Shown here piece by piece: positions 11,925-25,762 of a stretch of DNA of 64,000 nucleotides; within the stretch, counting starts at the first letter, position 1, and each line of letters begins with the position of its first letter. A program made the position numbers and the translations under genes. The notes beneath the pieces are model-generated. The model was not told the origin of the DNA. It ran no database searches and saw only the letters and a program-made list of their open reading frames with translations. Source of the stretch: Hemiscyllium ocellatum (lineage: Eukaryota); NCBI RefSeq assembly GCF_020745735.1, contig NW_026867476.1:248001-312000 (forward strand). The letters run 5' to 3'.

Positions 11925-14392
11925 GGTAGTAACATTTTCCCGTATGTGTCGTACATGCCAAATGGTAGGTAATAAAACGAGAAACTTTGTTGCCAATTTC
12001 AACATTTGAAAAACTTTTCACGTGGATTATAATTGATTGTGTAGGTCCCCTCCCGAGAACTAAATGTGGGAACCAGTACTGGTTCTCCATAGTGGATGTG
12101 TCTACCAGATTTCTGGAGGCAATTCCATTCCGGATTTTCAAGGAAATAAAATGTGGTAGAGGAGTTGGTAGTTTTCTTGACAAGATATGGGCTACCCAGA
12201 GGAGATTCAGTCGGACCAAGGCTCTAATTTTAACTGCTCACCTTTTTAACAATGGCATGGATAGCTTCGGTATACATCACTTTAAATCCAGTGCATATCA
12301 TCCTGAATTGTAGGGAGCTTTAGAAAGGTGATATCAGACCTTGAAGACCATTTAAAGAGCATACTGTGAAGATTACCCGTATGATTGGGATAAATGTATC
12401 CCATTTGTATTGTTTGCCATTACAGATACCCCAAACGATTCTATTCAGTTCACTCCCTTTGAGTTAATGTTCGGTCATGACGTGAGAGGCCCTTTGAAAT
12501 TAATTAAGGAAACAATTGACAGGTCCAAAGTCTGAGATCTCTCAACTAGATTATGTATCGGAGGTGAGGGAGAGTTTAAATCGAGTAGGTAGATTAGTCG
12601 AACAGCACCTAAGATGGCACAGTGTACAACGAAGCACGTGGCAGATTAAAGCTTTGACAGTCGGAAGTTTTCCCAAGGGGATAATGTGTCAGTACAGTTA
12701 CCAATGGTGGCAGATCCTTTCAAAGCCAGGTTTAGTAGTCCCTATCAAATTGAGAAAAAGTTGAGTCAGGTGAACTATTTAGTAAAGATGCCAGATAGGA
12801 AAAAAGGCATCAGGTATGTCATATGAAAAGTTGAAATAGCATTACATGACAGAGAGTGAACTGGAGAAACAGGTGTTAGTTACTGCCCCGTGGAGTGAGA
12901 AATCCAATTCAGATGACATGGATTTTGAGGTGACTCAAAACACTTTTAAAAATGAAGAAATCCTTGAGGAGTGGGATAAATTAGTTATCTCTCTGTCTCA
13001 AGAGCATAGAACGAATTTGAAAGATCACCACTACACTATAAGGATATGTGTAAGAATCAGATTGGGAGGAAAAATGCTCCTGTACATAAAGCAGACATAG
13101 GGAATACTACTCCAGTACAACAACAGCCCTATCCTCTTAATCTCTCAAAGCCAGACAGGTCCAGTGGAGGTGGAGGTCATGCTCGACGAGAACACCTTCG
13201 AACCAAGCCAGAGCGAGTGGAGTTTGCTGATCATCTTAGTTCCCAAACCGGATGGGATTCAAAGATTCTGCGTGGATTATCGGAAGTTCATTGCTGTTAC
13301 AAATTCGGATTCATATCCAATTCCTATATTGCAGGACTGTATCGCGAAATTTTGCCAAGCCAGTTACATCACACAGTTGGACTTAATGCCTGGTTACTGG
13401 CAAATATATTTATCAGAGTTGGCTGAAGAAATTTCTGCTTTTGTCAAACCAAATCAGTTTAAAGTGATGCTCTTTCGAATGAAGAAGGAACCCGCCACAT
13501 TCCAAAGACCCATGAAATGTTTTGGCTGGGTTAACAAACTGTGCAGTCGATTTGGACGATGTGGTGAACTGGAACCATTATATGGTACAGTTGGCAGAAC
13601 TCTTTGAACAACTACCAGAAACAAACCTGGTGAATAACCTAAATAAAACGGAATATGCAAAAACAGACGTGACGTTCTTGGGACATAACATTGGTAATGG
13701 AAGTCTGACCCCCACGGAACGCAACAAGGAGGCTGTCGAGGAATTTTCACCACCACCCTTGAAGAAAGAGGCACTTCGATTCTTCGGACTCAGCAGATAC
13801 TACCGGAAGTTTGTTCCAAACTTTAGCAGTACAATGGCACTGTTAAACCATTTGCTGAAGAAGAACACAAAGTTTCGGTGGGCAGAACCATGCCAGAAGA
13901 CATTCGACCATTTCAAATTGATGTTAACCACCAAACCAGTTTTAGCTCGACCACACTGTTCAAACCAAAGTCGCCATTGATGCTAGTGACACTGGAGTTG
14001 GAGCTGTCCTCCAACAGGAAAATTAGGACGGGATTGATTCATTTTCGAAGAAGATCAACATCTGTCAGAGGAAATATTCCACAATCAAAAAGGAACTTTT
14101 GAATTTGGTACTGTCCTTACAGCATTTTAATGTGTATGTCACGAGCAATATGTCGGAGACGATTGTCACGTCAGAAGGATATAATTACGGACATTTATTC
14201 GCGGATTTAACAGATAGAGTTTAGATGAAATTTATCTTTGTTCAATGTTTTGTGTACGTGTATAGGTATAGGGAACAAATTAAGGTATCATTATATTAAT
14301 GTTATCGGTATGTTAGGGTAATGTATTTTAAAGGTACAAAACCTGAAGCCGTCTTTTTACTTTGATGGTTCATTTTATTCTTAAGGAAGAGG

Positions 14393-15110
14393 TGTTATGA
14401 AGATGTGGGTGTACTTTAAGATAGTTAAAAGCAGCAGAACTATCGATATAAGACCAAGTCTCCTCAATGAGGCACCAATGTATGTAACACTTAGTCGAAC
14501 GACTTGATTAGCTCGTTGCCTGGAGACAAAAACAAACTCGAATTTGGTCAATCAGGTTAAATTATACGCAGCAAAAAAGCCAATTTCCAATCAAATTTGA
14601 ATTTAGTATATTGACAATCTTAAAGGCCAATGACACAATCCAATTCTCTGAAGAATATGACCAGAGGAAAATTGAACAGTTGTGAGGACAATTGCGAAGT
14701 CCTAGCATGTAACAGACTGCGTGAAAAAGTAAAAGCCTTAAAAGTACCTTTTCGATTAGTAACCTTTGACGCAGAAATTCCAAACAAGGAACAGAAAAGA
14801 CACAGGAAGGCTCATAAACAAGAACCTACAGTTGCCTGGTTTTGAGATAAGAAGCGCTGTTTTGCAAGTCATGGTTGGGAGTTTTATTGAACTAATATTA
14901 TAGAAGGGAAAGTAAACGATAGGTCAGAGAAGTAAATTGTAAATAGTGGCTGGTTAATTGTTCTCTGTTATTCTTTAAGAAATAAACCTGTTAATTTTAA
15001 CTTTAAATAGTTCTTGGCCACTCGATAGTTTACAGATTACTACACAAGATAAATCTTTTCTATGTTGTTGGCTTTAAATTAAGCAGAAGCGTTTACCCCA
15101 AGCCGTAACA
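14393..15110 (+). repeat. 3' LTR of Gypsy element
   Basis: Preceded by purine tract AAGGAAGAGG; TGTTA...TAACA termini; colinear with 6927-7650. Confidence 0.92.
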
Positions 15111-15739
15111 CGGAAACAGACGCGTTTTCCCTATCATCCATAATGAAGATAGTTGCGTCGTTGCCTGGTGAATTTGTTATGAAAGACTTATTGCACGTAG
15201 CAGGTATTTTCTTTATTACTTGTCTTTTGAAACATGTCGTAACTGTATTACAGCACCGAATTGCAAAGATTCAATGTCACAAGATCAATTTAAATTAACG
15301 ATTCAGAATGAGATATCATAAATCTGGGCTTCCGTTATTTGACAACCTAATCCACTACAAGCATGTCCTTGTAAATCAGGTATCACCACGTAGTTCTGAA
15401 ATATTTAATGAAACTATATAACACGAGAAGATGAAAGAAGACTCCAGCTTTAACAGGAAGGTGCACTGAAACTTTAATGAAAGTAAACAAACCCATTGCG
15501 TTCAATATCTCTGGCCTCCAGTTTTTCATATCCATACATCTCTGTGCCAGGGAGCTCATTAATCTGCAGAAATATTGAGAACCCTGTCAAAAACCCTGCA
15601 CTGAGAATTCCAGTCAGTGTCTATCAGAGGGCCCTTTCAAATTGATAAATGAAACAATTCTTCTGAAATGAAAACAGATCATACTGAAGTGGCTGTGGAG
15701 GTCTGGCACCATCTGTGGAGGGAGAAACAAAGTCAGCGT

Positions 15740-16000
15740 GTCGAGGTTGCTGATGTGCCTCGAAGCCAGAGAAGACTGAAAGAATACTACCAGTGCCCCG
15801 ACAATTTATGCCATGATTTCCTTCAATGTCCTTCAATGTATCTCGTTCAATCCCAGTGCCTTGTCAAATTTAAGTTTCAATAGTCTATCCAAGTACTGGT
15901 TTTGCTAAATTGTGAACTCTTCTGGTGAAACCATTTCGTCCTCTACCACAATGGCTGAGAAGGTAATCCCAACATTTGTAAATATAGGTGCAGTCGTATT
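15740..16000 (-). mobile_element. CR1 ORF2 fragment
   Basis: Minus strand LDRLLKLKFDKALGLNEIH*RTLKEIMA*IVGALVVFFQSSL. Confidence 0.75.
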
Positions 16001-17033
16001 AATTTTACACGTCATCCATGACCCCAATGCCCACGTGAAAATACCACTTTTCTGGCCTTTGGCTGTGCTCCGCGTTTATAACGTCATCATTGTCCAGCAT
16101 GGGAACTGAACCTTCGGTCGATCTTCCCTGTACTGACAAAATACAACAATCTGGCATGATCCCGTACATTAGTCCTGAACTGTTTATACGCAAAGCGAAG
16201 ACTTTGAGATTTGTTTGTGGTAGTTCCTCCTCTATTTCGTGTGTGTATGTCCACATCAATATGTCTATGCTTGGGTGTTCATCTCTGCACGGAATAACAT
16301 ATACTTAGACTGAAGGTTGAATGAATTAAAGTGTCAAAACCTCTCTGCCTGATGCTTGATATTCCAACTAAAATAATGCAGTGTTACAACCTGCTGACGA
16401 ATCTGTGCTATTGCACAGCAGCACTGTTATTAGGGCTCCTCTTGGCTTGTTTTTCTGAGGGGTGCCATTTTAGTTTTTGGGGATTCCTTTCCATGCTCAC
16501 TGACTACGTCATTTAATGATGCCATCAGCAAATAACAAAACTAAGGAAAGTACTTGCTCAACATATGGTCTTCTGTTAGTTATCCAGTCATCTATTCACT
16601 ATCAGATCACTGCAAAGATGTAGTCTCTTGTTTCATTAAAATGTGGCACATTATCAAACGTCGTTCGGAATTACAATTACATTTTATCTCCTCATTTTGT
16701 TTTATTTTTCCTACCTCCATGCCATCCACGAATTTCTTTAAATTTGTCGGGCATGAATTCCCCTTCAATGAAGACATAATGGGTGCAGAGCTATAGGAAG
16801 AGAAGGCAAGCGATATATTTATATGGTTAAGTGTACAATTCGGAGTTTAAAACGCATGATGATAGATAAAGTTCAGAATAAATATAGTAGTACAGACAGT
16901 AGTGTAACTGTCAGCAAACTATAAAGGTTTAGATTGATGTGGGCCCCAGCGAAAGTACATCGTCATATGACTGTATACTATTTGTCAGTAAATATCACAC
17001 TTCGTTTGCAATGTTGAGCATTTCCAGAAGTGT

Positions 17034-17883
17034 TCAATTAATCACTAATCTGAATTTACTCTGGGTCTGAGTATACATAAATAGCATGATGCAGGAACTC
17101 ATAAATTGAAGCAGGTATCCACGTTTCTGTTGAATAAAATACAACTGACTTTAATTGAAACCTGAAAAATAAGGTACGTTTGGAATTCGGACATAGATGG
17201 GCGTTATGAAACATAAAATATATAATAGGATGAGGCTGCGGGAGATGGTGAAGAGAAAACGCATGAACGTTTTTACATTTTTCTATTTGTGAATCCCTTT
17301 GATGTTCTCCTCTTCCCTGAATTCGGAGTCTCCTGTTGGTCAGATTGGCCACTGCAAGATGCCTAACAGTCAAAGCGTTGAGCTGGAACATCAGAATGAA
17401 TGGGAGGCAAGGTTAAAAATGGTACGAATCCAATCAGAAGGTGCCCATGCCAGTGACGTACTCAATATGAATTTTATGTCGCAGTAACAGGGTAAATTAT
17501 GAATGATATTTAAAAAAAACACAAAGGCACTTTTTATGCAGCTCAGTACTAACACGATTTCAGTAAGCATCGCTGCTGCCTGTTCTCTGCAGTAGTTCTT
17601 TTTCAGCTTCTGAAAGGAAATCGTCACAAATCTATCAAAGATGAATGCAGCCAGCAACCAAGCTGAAAAATTAATAGCTGTCTACATGATGGCATCATTG
17701 AGCTGAATATTGGAGTGATGAACAAGAAATTTGATGGGAAGTAAATTCAAGAAATGCAATTCAGTATTACAGCAGTTAGCAGACCAAGAGATCAGCCACT
17801 ACATTGCAAGCCAAGTCATTAAATGATGCAACTTGAAAAACTGCATTTTCTTTGGGCAAGAATCACAAACACTATCAGGTTAG
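17034..17883 (-). pseudogene. Class A GPCR pseudogene 1, GPR139/GPR142-like shark family
   Basis: After acceptor caacag: ANLIVFVILAQRKCSFSSCII*; AAFIFDRFVTISFQKLKKNYCREQAAAML; NALTVRHLAVA; SCIMLFMYTQTQSKFR. Stops and frameshifts. Confidence 0.88.
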
Positions 17884-18062
17884 CTGTTGTAGAAATGTAT
17901 ATACGGAAATGTAGAAAGCGGAGGAGAAAGAACATCTGAGATCATACAGATAACGAGACTGTTCTACAAGATCTTGAATGAAATCGATGCTTTTGAGACA
18001 TGAATTTGAATTAGAAATTACCAATTCACATACTACCTGTAAAGCACATGTCTTTGGGCGAC

Positions 18063-18285
18063 AGCATGACAAATTGGTGGTCCCTGTTGTTTCACATCAA
18101 CAAGAACCCATGATTGATTCCAGTCTTGGTCGATTGCATGTGTCGAGTTTGCACGATCTCCCCATGTCTGTGTGCGTTTACTCTAAGTGCTACGACTTTC
18201 CTTCACCGTGCAAAGATGTGCAGGATATTTTCATTGGCTATGCAATATTATTCCATAGCGTCCAGAAATGTTTAGGTTAGGTGGG
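18063..18285 (+). mobile_element. HE1-like (V-SINE) shark SINE, degenerate
   Basis: Core GAGTTTGCAC..TCTCCCCATGTCTG...CAAAGATGTGCAGG shared with other copies in the window. Confidence 0.65.
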
Positions 18286-19520
18286 TGAAAGATGATGAGT
18301 GTGGGTTTTTGGGGTTTGGGTAGGTGGATCTTCCGAGAGCGAGAACACACATAATTGGTTGAATTGTCTCTATCTGCACTGCCCGGATGCGATGATTCCT
18401 GATTTGAACACAAACAGAACAATGGAACACGAACACAATATAATATAATGACACACAGACCAGAGAGCAAAATACATCGAAGGTTTTTATCAGTGTCATG
18501 ACATTAAGGGCAATAAGATTTACAATGGTCATACTAACAAAGTATGGAAATATATTTTTGCTGAGAAATAGGAAAATAATCCAAAAGAAATCAGGAAACT
18601 AAAAAGAACAAGTATCATATTTTGCTGAAGACCAGAATCTGCCCTATCTGACAAACCATTGCAAAATTATTCACTGTTGGAATGATCGAAGGTCAAAATA
18701 AGGAATTGCTCAGAGAACCACAATGAAAATATTGAGCTTCAGGAAATAATGAAGGGTTTCTAAAAGTGTTAAACTTGTACTGCTTACATATCCATGAGCA
18801 ACTCAATGTGCAACTGTATTCCTTCATTAAACCATGTGCATTTGAAATTATAAACACATGATTTTTTGTGTTTATCGTTGCTCATATCAAAGCATGCCAT
18901 CACCTCTGTCTGCAATTTGTCATTCCCACTTGCTTGAATGCAGGGCAAAGAAATCAATTCAAATGTAAACGAACTTTAACCAAGGCGAATTGGCAAAATG
19001 TGGAGGAATTAAGACAAAATGCAAATTGCTTGAGTCTACTAGATAGAAAACAAAAAAGGGAAATGAATTAAAGAATCCAGTCTGACATCGCAGTTATGAT
19101 CATGACTAAAATCCCGCCACAAACAACGCAATCAGCAGACACTGGCAAAACTAGAAACATGCAGCACAACCACTGGATTCGTTCGTTGATATATGAAAAA
19201 AGGGATAGATAAAGAAAGATAATAATAGAGGACGATTAAAAGAGAGGAAGAGAGACATTTTGTGCGTCATTAATGCAGAACAAGATCGTTACAGGTTCAG
19301 ATCCCAGCCAAATCTCCTGACTATTTTGCAGAATTCCATTTTGGAAGCATTTATTTAAGATGTGATCCGAAGTAAGAAATTATTCTTACTCCTTAAAAAA
19401 ATTCTACCATTAAAATATAAATTCTGTTCACCAGGTTAATGGAATGTTATTATATTCTGAAAGCATTAAATCTAAGGAAGTAATAAGGAATGTGTAAGTA
19501 AATGGAAATCAACGCAGCTG

Positions 19521-19806
19521 TGCACGGTGGCTCGGTGGTTAGCACTGCTGCTTCACAGTGCCAGGGAACCAGGTTCGATGAGTGGGTGAGTGCATGCGTG
19601 GAGTTTGCATTTTGCCCGCGTGTCGACATGGCTTGTCTACCACAGTCCAAAGATATGCTGGCCAGGTGAATTGGCTGTGTTAAATTACACACAGTGTTAT
19701 TTGCATGAGTCAGAGGGAAGTGGGTCCGGGTGGTTTACTCTTCAGAGGGTCGTTTTGGACTTGTTGGGACGAAGGGCCGCTTCCCACACTGTAGGTAATC
19801 TAAACT
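19521..19806 (+). mobile_element. HE1-like tRNA-derived SINE
   Basis: GCACGGTGGCTCGGTGGTTAGCACTGCTGCTTCACAGTGCCAGGGAACCAGGTTCGAT (A/B boxes) followed by the V-SINE core. Confidence 0.85.
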
Positions 19807-21227
19807 GTAGGGACATTATGCCACTTCACCACAGGACAGTGGCAATGTCACATTCTAGTTAAGTTTGCATAATAATAACAATGATAATATTACGGCAGTA
19901 ATTCACCTGCATTGTCAGTGACGGCCTTTAAATAGTCATGAAATTACGACAACAGTGTCATAATTCATTCAATATGTCTCTGTCCGCGTAAACGGTAGAA
20001 GTACATATATTTCGTCCTATTCTAGTAAAATCAGCGACACCGTTCAAACATTCAAATGGCAAAAGTCACAAGAAGATAGCATTAAGTCGAAGCTGAGAAA
20101 ACACTTTGATAAAGTACTTTCTTCTTAACAAGAAGAAATTCCACGTTTAAAGGAGTGCAATTATAACATTCATACCAAAAAAAAATCAATTGGCGACTTA
20201 ATATCCTTATATTGACAGTGATGATGTGAAAGTGAATTCATGCCATGGAATGTAAAGAAAAACAACATGTTAAACTAGAACATACAGATGTGCTTCAGGT
20301 AAAATTCCAGCATTACTAGAACAATACAATGATACACTCACCTGCAAACTCTCGACAGTACTTTATCTGGAATTCCGTTAGCTCCTTGGATAGGAAAATA
20401 AATGGCAAATCCCACAAATGCTGGTGTTCTGTGCATTTTTAACAAAGGCTCTGAGTGTGCTGTGCAATGTCCTAAAATGTTCTCTATTATTCATAATACC
20501 AGGCTGCAGCGAGGTTATTAGTTGGTTTGATGATTTGAACTAATTACATTTGTTTCAGGTGACAAATAATTGCAGCTGCTGCTCGAATGAAGTTTTTGAT
20601 TTGGAGGAATATAACGTTTTTCTTTAATGGGATTTGACAAAGTTTAATTTGAGAATTAAAGTTTATAGCTTAATACAAAGATAACTTATTTTCCACAAAA
20701 AAGGCAACAGTTGTTGCTGAGAATTTGAATTTAAGCTGCTGACATATCAGTTTCATTGTTGGATTTAAAACGGTGGCCTTTGTCGTCGAGATCGGATCAA
20801 AATTTAAACTTGTGCTGTCTTGTGCCAAAGATTAAAGAAGCGACAATATGAAGATTAACAGAAGACTGCAAAATGGCCTTCTGCAATAGCATCTAATTGC
20901 TCAGTCATTGTTTACACAAGAGTGTGCTTAACTCCTGTTTTAAACAATCCAACTATCAATGAAAATTTAGCATGCAGATCTATTCTGAATAGTCGCATTC
21001 AGATATAATGTTCTGCAGATTGGCATCGACAGATTGGCAAGATTTTTTTTTGCGTAACCCAATGCTCAGATTGTCTGTGAGTACCTGTAAATATTGAACA
21101 TCTTGAAGCATAGCTATCGCCTTCACATAGAGAATCACCACAGTGTGGAAACAGGCCAACAACGACTCTCAGCAAAGTAACCCACCCAGACAGATTCACC
21201 AACCTGATTACCTTATAATTACCCCTG

Positions 21228-21414
21228 ACCAATGGGCAATTTATCATTGCCAATTCGACAAACCTTCACATGTTTGGATTGTGGGAGGAAACTGCAGCGC
21301 ACAGAGAAAACCCATGCAAATGCGGGGAAAATATGCACACTCCACATTGACAGTCAATCGAGATTAGTATCGAACCGAGTCCCTGGCGGCAATGCTAACC
21401 ACTGAGCCACCATG
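21228..21414 (-). mobile_element. HE1-like SINE
   Basis: Reverse complement of ATGGTGGCTCAGTGGTTAGCA...GGTTCGAT head and core. Confidence 0.8.
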
Positions 21415-21599
21415 ATACCTGCAGAACAATGCAGTCCAGATTACTGAAATTCAGTTCAGTGAGGTAAATGTCACCTGGATCTGAGTATAGAGAAAATGTG
21501 ACATAAGTGACTCTCAAGAAAAAGAAGCTGAGTAAGCTGATTAACATCAAAACAAAGGACAAGACGAATGCAGGTAGGTTCAGCAATTGCAGAAAGATC

Positions 21600-23030
21600 T
21601 AAAAAAAAACAAATCAATGTACATAAATATTTGAAGTTGTCCGATAGGGTAGAAAGAATAAAAAAGAAGTACATTATCTAAATGGCAAGAGTTGCAGAGC
21701 TCTGAGTTGCAGAAGGGTGTCACGGTCCATGAAAAATGGCAGGTTAGGAATGACGTGCAGGAAATAATTAGGAAAATTGATAGAATATTTTCATTTTTGT
21801 CCAATGGATCTCATAGAGCAATAGATTCACGTTTTGTTACACGACCAGAGACGGCTATTCAACAGCTTACTGTCAAACTCATGAAACTTTCGAACATAAC
21901 CTGCGCACTTTTTTGATATACAAAAGAAAGGCTACTGCAAACAAATACGGAGGTAGGGCATTGAGGGTGCGTTAGAAGTTTGAATCAGGAATTGGCTGGC
22001 TGGAAGAAGACAGAGGGTAGTAGTTGATGGTAAAGGTTCATCTTGGAGTGCAGTTACTAGCGGTTTTCGGCAAGGATCTGTTTTGGAATCATTCCCGTTT
22101 GTCATTTTCATAAATGACCTGGAGGAGGGGCTAGAAGGTTGGGTGAGCAAGTTTGCTGATGATACAAAAGTCGGTGGAGTTGTTGACAGTGACGAAGGAT
22201 GTGGCAGGTTACAGCGGGATATAGATAAGCTGTAGAGCTGGGCAGAAAGGTGGCAAATGGAGTTCAATGTAGGTAAATGTGAAGTGATTCACTTTGGTAA
22301 GAGGAACAAGAAGGTGGAGCACTGGGTAAGGGTCGGATACTTGGTAGTGTGGATGAGCAGAGGGATCTTGGTGTCCATGTACACAGATCTCTGAAAGTTG
22401 CCATTCAGGTAAATAGTGCTGTGAAGAAGGCATATGGCTTTTATTGGTAGAGGAATTGAGTTCCGGAGTCCTGAGGTCATGTTGCAGTTGTATAAGTTTC
22501 TGGTTCGGCCGCATCTGGAGTATTCCGTGCAGTTTTGGTCGCCATACCATAGGAAGGATGTGGAGGCATTGGAACCGGGTGCAGAGGAGGTTTATCAAGA
22601 TGTTGTCTGGTATGGTAGGAAGATCATATGAGGAAAGGCTGAGGCACTTGGGGCTGTTTTCATTGGAGAAAAGAAGGTTTAAGAGTGACTTGATAGAGGT
22701 GTACAAGATGATTAGGGGTTTAGATAGGGTTGACCATGAGAACCTTTTTCCATGTATGGAGTCAACTATTACGAGGGGGCATAGCTTTAAATTAAGGGGA
22801 GGTAGGTGTAGCGCAGATGTTAGGGGTAGATTCTTTACTCAGCGAGTCGTGAGTCCATGGAATGTCCTGCCAGTATCAGTGGTGAACTCTCCCTCTTTAT
22901 GGGCATTTAAACGGGCATTGGATAGGCATATGGAGGATAATGGGCTAGTGTAGGTTAAGTTGGCTTGGGTCGGCGCAACATCGAGGGTCAAAGGGTCTGT
23001 ACTGCGCTGTATTTTTCTATGTTCTATGTT
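21600..23030 (+). mobile_element. CR1 LINE 3' portion with tail
   Basis: SKFADDTKVGG; EERLRHLGLFSLEKRR...RGRFFTQRVVSPWNVLP (ORF 22444-22953); ends in TTCTATGTTCTATGTT tail; an older fragment lies at ~21600-21900. Confidence 0.92.
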
Positions 23031-24946
23031 AATATCCAATGCCCTCTCTAGTATCTGAATTAAAACTGTCTGTAGCCTCTTCTAGGCTTTTCATCCATAA
23101 ACATATGGCTCATTGTGTGAAAAAGAGTTTATGTCATCCTTTTTTGCAATGCTTCCTCCGGAATATTACAAGATTAGAATATCATTTTATTGTCACGTGC
23201 ACATTGCAAGAGTACAGTGAAAATCATTTGCAATGGCTGTCTTCCTATGATGAAATATTAGGGGTACACGTTTTCAGTACAAATCTTTAATACAACAGTC
23301 AAATACAAGTAATTGCATTATTATACCAAGTTGAAGAACACGTTTAAAAATATAAGTAGACATTATGTCACAACAGCTCACCACAGTGTCTCTGTATGTG
23401 GTTGGACCAAACGCACCAGATCTCAGTCCACCATCCACCAGCAATCCTCGCTCTGCTCTAAGCCACAGTTCGTTACATATCGGCATTGAACTGTTCCAGG
23501 GTAATTCATGGACTGCTTCCTCCGTGCCAGTGTCTGCCTGTGACTCACTGCCCATACGGTGCTCTGTGGCTGGTTGCTGGCGTGCTCCTGTAGGACTGCT
23601 TCCACGTCCTGTTCTGTTCCCCGCTTCAAAACCGACAAACCTTACGCAGTTCCACAGATCGTGGCCCATTTGCTGCTTCGGGGCTATTGGTTCATACTGT
23701 TCTCTGGGGCTAGTGGCCCACGTACTGTTAAATCTGTGTCTGCTGGCTACCGAATATTTTAGGAGTGGGAACACTTTTTCACATTCTATTCTAAACAGAA
23801 ACTTATTCAGAAAGTTCTGCTTCAGATTCACATTTATTTGTGTGAACGCAACTGTCATTCCATGCACTGTACTGAACTCTTTAGTTCAGAAGAGTGAGAA
23901 TGTATTGAAAGCAGTACACCGAAATTTTACTGAAGCAATGTCTCGAATGGTTGACTTGCGAAGTCAGCATGAACAGTTGAGACTTGTTCATTGGAGGCCA
24001 GAAGAGAAAGAGTCCATTTCACTCGCAAATATAAGACCTTGGGAGGTTTTCACAAGTCAAGTATATAAAGAATGTTCTATTCTCTCGGCGAATCTTGAAA
24101 TCGGAATCCCAGGTGAATGATGAGGATTCGATCATTTACTGCACAGATAAAGATGATTTATTTCCTCGCAGAGGTCTGTGAGGTTTTGGAACTCTCTTTC
24201 TCTACAGGCACTACAGCAGGTATTTGAATATTTTAAGGCAAATTTAAATACATTCTTGCTTTTAAAAAAGCATGGATGTTAATTGTTAGTCGATGGGAAT
24301 GCGGAGGATTCAGATAAATCTTGGACTTTTTAAACGTCACGACAGGCTTGAATTGATGAATCCAACTGTCAAATTGTACATTGGTATGAAACCCTTCATA
24401 AAATGAATACTTGAAGATGTTTCCAAACAGTGTTTCACGATGTTGACAATTCGACTGAGGTATCTCACATGTGAACCTAAGACTCAGAGGTCAGACAGAT
24501 ACGGATTGAGTGAGTGCAAGGCGCTCTCCTCCTGATTATATATTGAACCAAAATCATGCCAATCAGTTCAGGGGAATACTAATGACTCCGTGTTAGTAAT
24601 GGAATGTAGCGAGTGGGGTTTCCAGATTGTGAAATATATCGCGAGTCCCTGGACCAACATTTCAAACTCAAAGAAAAGCACAAATGAAACCAGATGACCA
24701 ACTTTCCCGCTCAGCTCTCTGGGTGGACGGAGATGCAGCCTCTACTCACACAACAGTGTCTAACCCCACCCCCTGTACGTCAGTGTAACGTTGGCAATGA
24801 TTTCACATCCGGATCAAGAACAGCTGCATCTGCATGTTAACTTGATCATTCTGCTTCATTTTAGTCCAGCTCTGAGCTGCCTTCTCCCAGAGGAGCAGTC
24901 AGCTTCCAGACTGCATGAAACATCTGCTACACCAGGCAGCAGCACG

Positions 24947-24989
24947 ATGGGAGTTATACTTGTCCTTTTACTGTGTACCTATATACTCG
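24947..24989 (+). CDS. Leader exon of NAR-TCR V
   Basis: ATG GGA GTT ATA CTT GTC CTT TTA CTG TGT ACC TAT ATA CTC G|gttagt = MGVILVLLLCTYIL, phase-1 donor; 131-nt intron to acceptor ttccag at 25120. Confidence 0.9.
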
Positions 24990-25120
24990 GTTAGTACGGA
25001 TCCAATAATCCAACATGGTGCACAATTAGTACAAAGCTTCCCGAATCCATGAAAAAAAATCGGCATTGTCTCTGGTTCAGTTCCTTTGTGCGGACTAATA
25101 TCTCTCCGTTTAATTTCCAG

Positions 25121-25408
25121 AATCCTTTTGTCAGTCAGTGGTACAGTCCCCACCAGCGGACATCAAGAAAGAGTGCCAGTCTTTCAGCATCGACTGCGTT
25201 TTCTACGGTGGCTTCTTTAAACGTCCTTTGAAGCGGGGGGAATTCTTCAAACAAAAAGAGACTGGAACAAAACGAGAGCGGATCTTGTCAGGAGGACGGT
25301 TTGTTGTGAGGACGAACACAGCAGAAAAGACATTTTCGCTGCAGGTTCAGGATGTGAATGTTAAAGACACTGCCACATATTATTGCAAAGCCTGGTATAG
25401 AGATAGCA
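25121..25408 (+). CDS. NTCRV: NAR-TCR (IgNAR-like) V segment, intact
   Basis: (E)SFCQSVVQSPPADIKKECQSFSIDCVFYGGFFKRPLKRGEFFKQKETGTKRERILSGGRFVVRTNTAEKTFSLQVQDVNVKDTATYYCKAWYRDS. VNAR-like features: ISGGRF..T.N...K.FSL.I.D..V.D, only 62 residues between canonical Cys (no CDR2), extra FR1 Cys; in frame with the leader. Confidence 0.92.
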
Positions 25409-25447
25409 CACAGTGATTTGACCCGGCCTCCCACCATACCAAAAAAC
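25409..25447 (+). other. 23-RSS of NAR-TCR V
   Basis: CACAGTG + 23 nt + CCAAAAAAC. Confidence 0.9.
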
Positions 25448-25762
25448 TCTCCGCATGTTATCACAGATGTAAATGAAATTCCAAAGCCCTTTAGCCTTGA
25501 ACTCCCCACGTCTCCATCTCTGACCACCAACTCCACAGTCCAGTTTATACCAAAACTAGGTTGTCGCTGTTATCATTTTGAGTTTTGTTAATGCTGAAAA
25601 CGTTCGTTAGTGATGTCTTTTGTTTGATCGCTGTTAATTAATCCGTGTTGGGAATGACTGATCCCTCTTAAGCGTCACTAATAACAGATGGGATCCAATT
25701 CTGATGCTGGGACCTGGAGCCGCTTTTAAAACAAAAAAAAATCGCTTCTGATTCATACCGAG

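Larger units (their letters stand above)
6927..15110 (+). mobile_element. Defective Gypsy LTR retrotransposon, Gmr1-like (integrase upstream of RT; SCAN-like gag)
   Basis: Two homologous LTRs, PBS, PPT, gag from ATG 7837 with SCAN-like SDYEKVKQAVLSAYQLMPEAYGQWFRN, integrase fragments (IDCVGPLPRTKCGNQYWFSIVDVSTRFLEAIP; SSAYHPE) at ~11925-12700, RT (RFCVDYRKFIAVTNSDSYPIP; LDLMPGYWQI) at ~13100-13700 and RNase H region to ~14160; many stops and frameshifts. Confidence 0.92.

Noticed and set aside
23274-24120. Longest ORFs in the window (251 aa on +, 197 aa on -), overlapping
   Set aside because: No recognisable domain, non-ATG or weak starts, and no splice context; most likely chance ORFs in degraded repeat sequence.
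25534-25557. CACAGTC ... ACCAAAACT RSS-like pair
   Set aside because: The spacer is 8 nt, incompatible with the 12/23 rule.
25620-25682. Possible second D (TTGTTTGAT-12-ATCCGTG ... CACTAAT)
   Set aside because: Both heptamers are poor and there is no 3' nonamer at 12 or 23 nt; at most a decayed relic.
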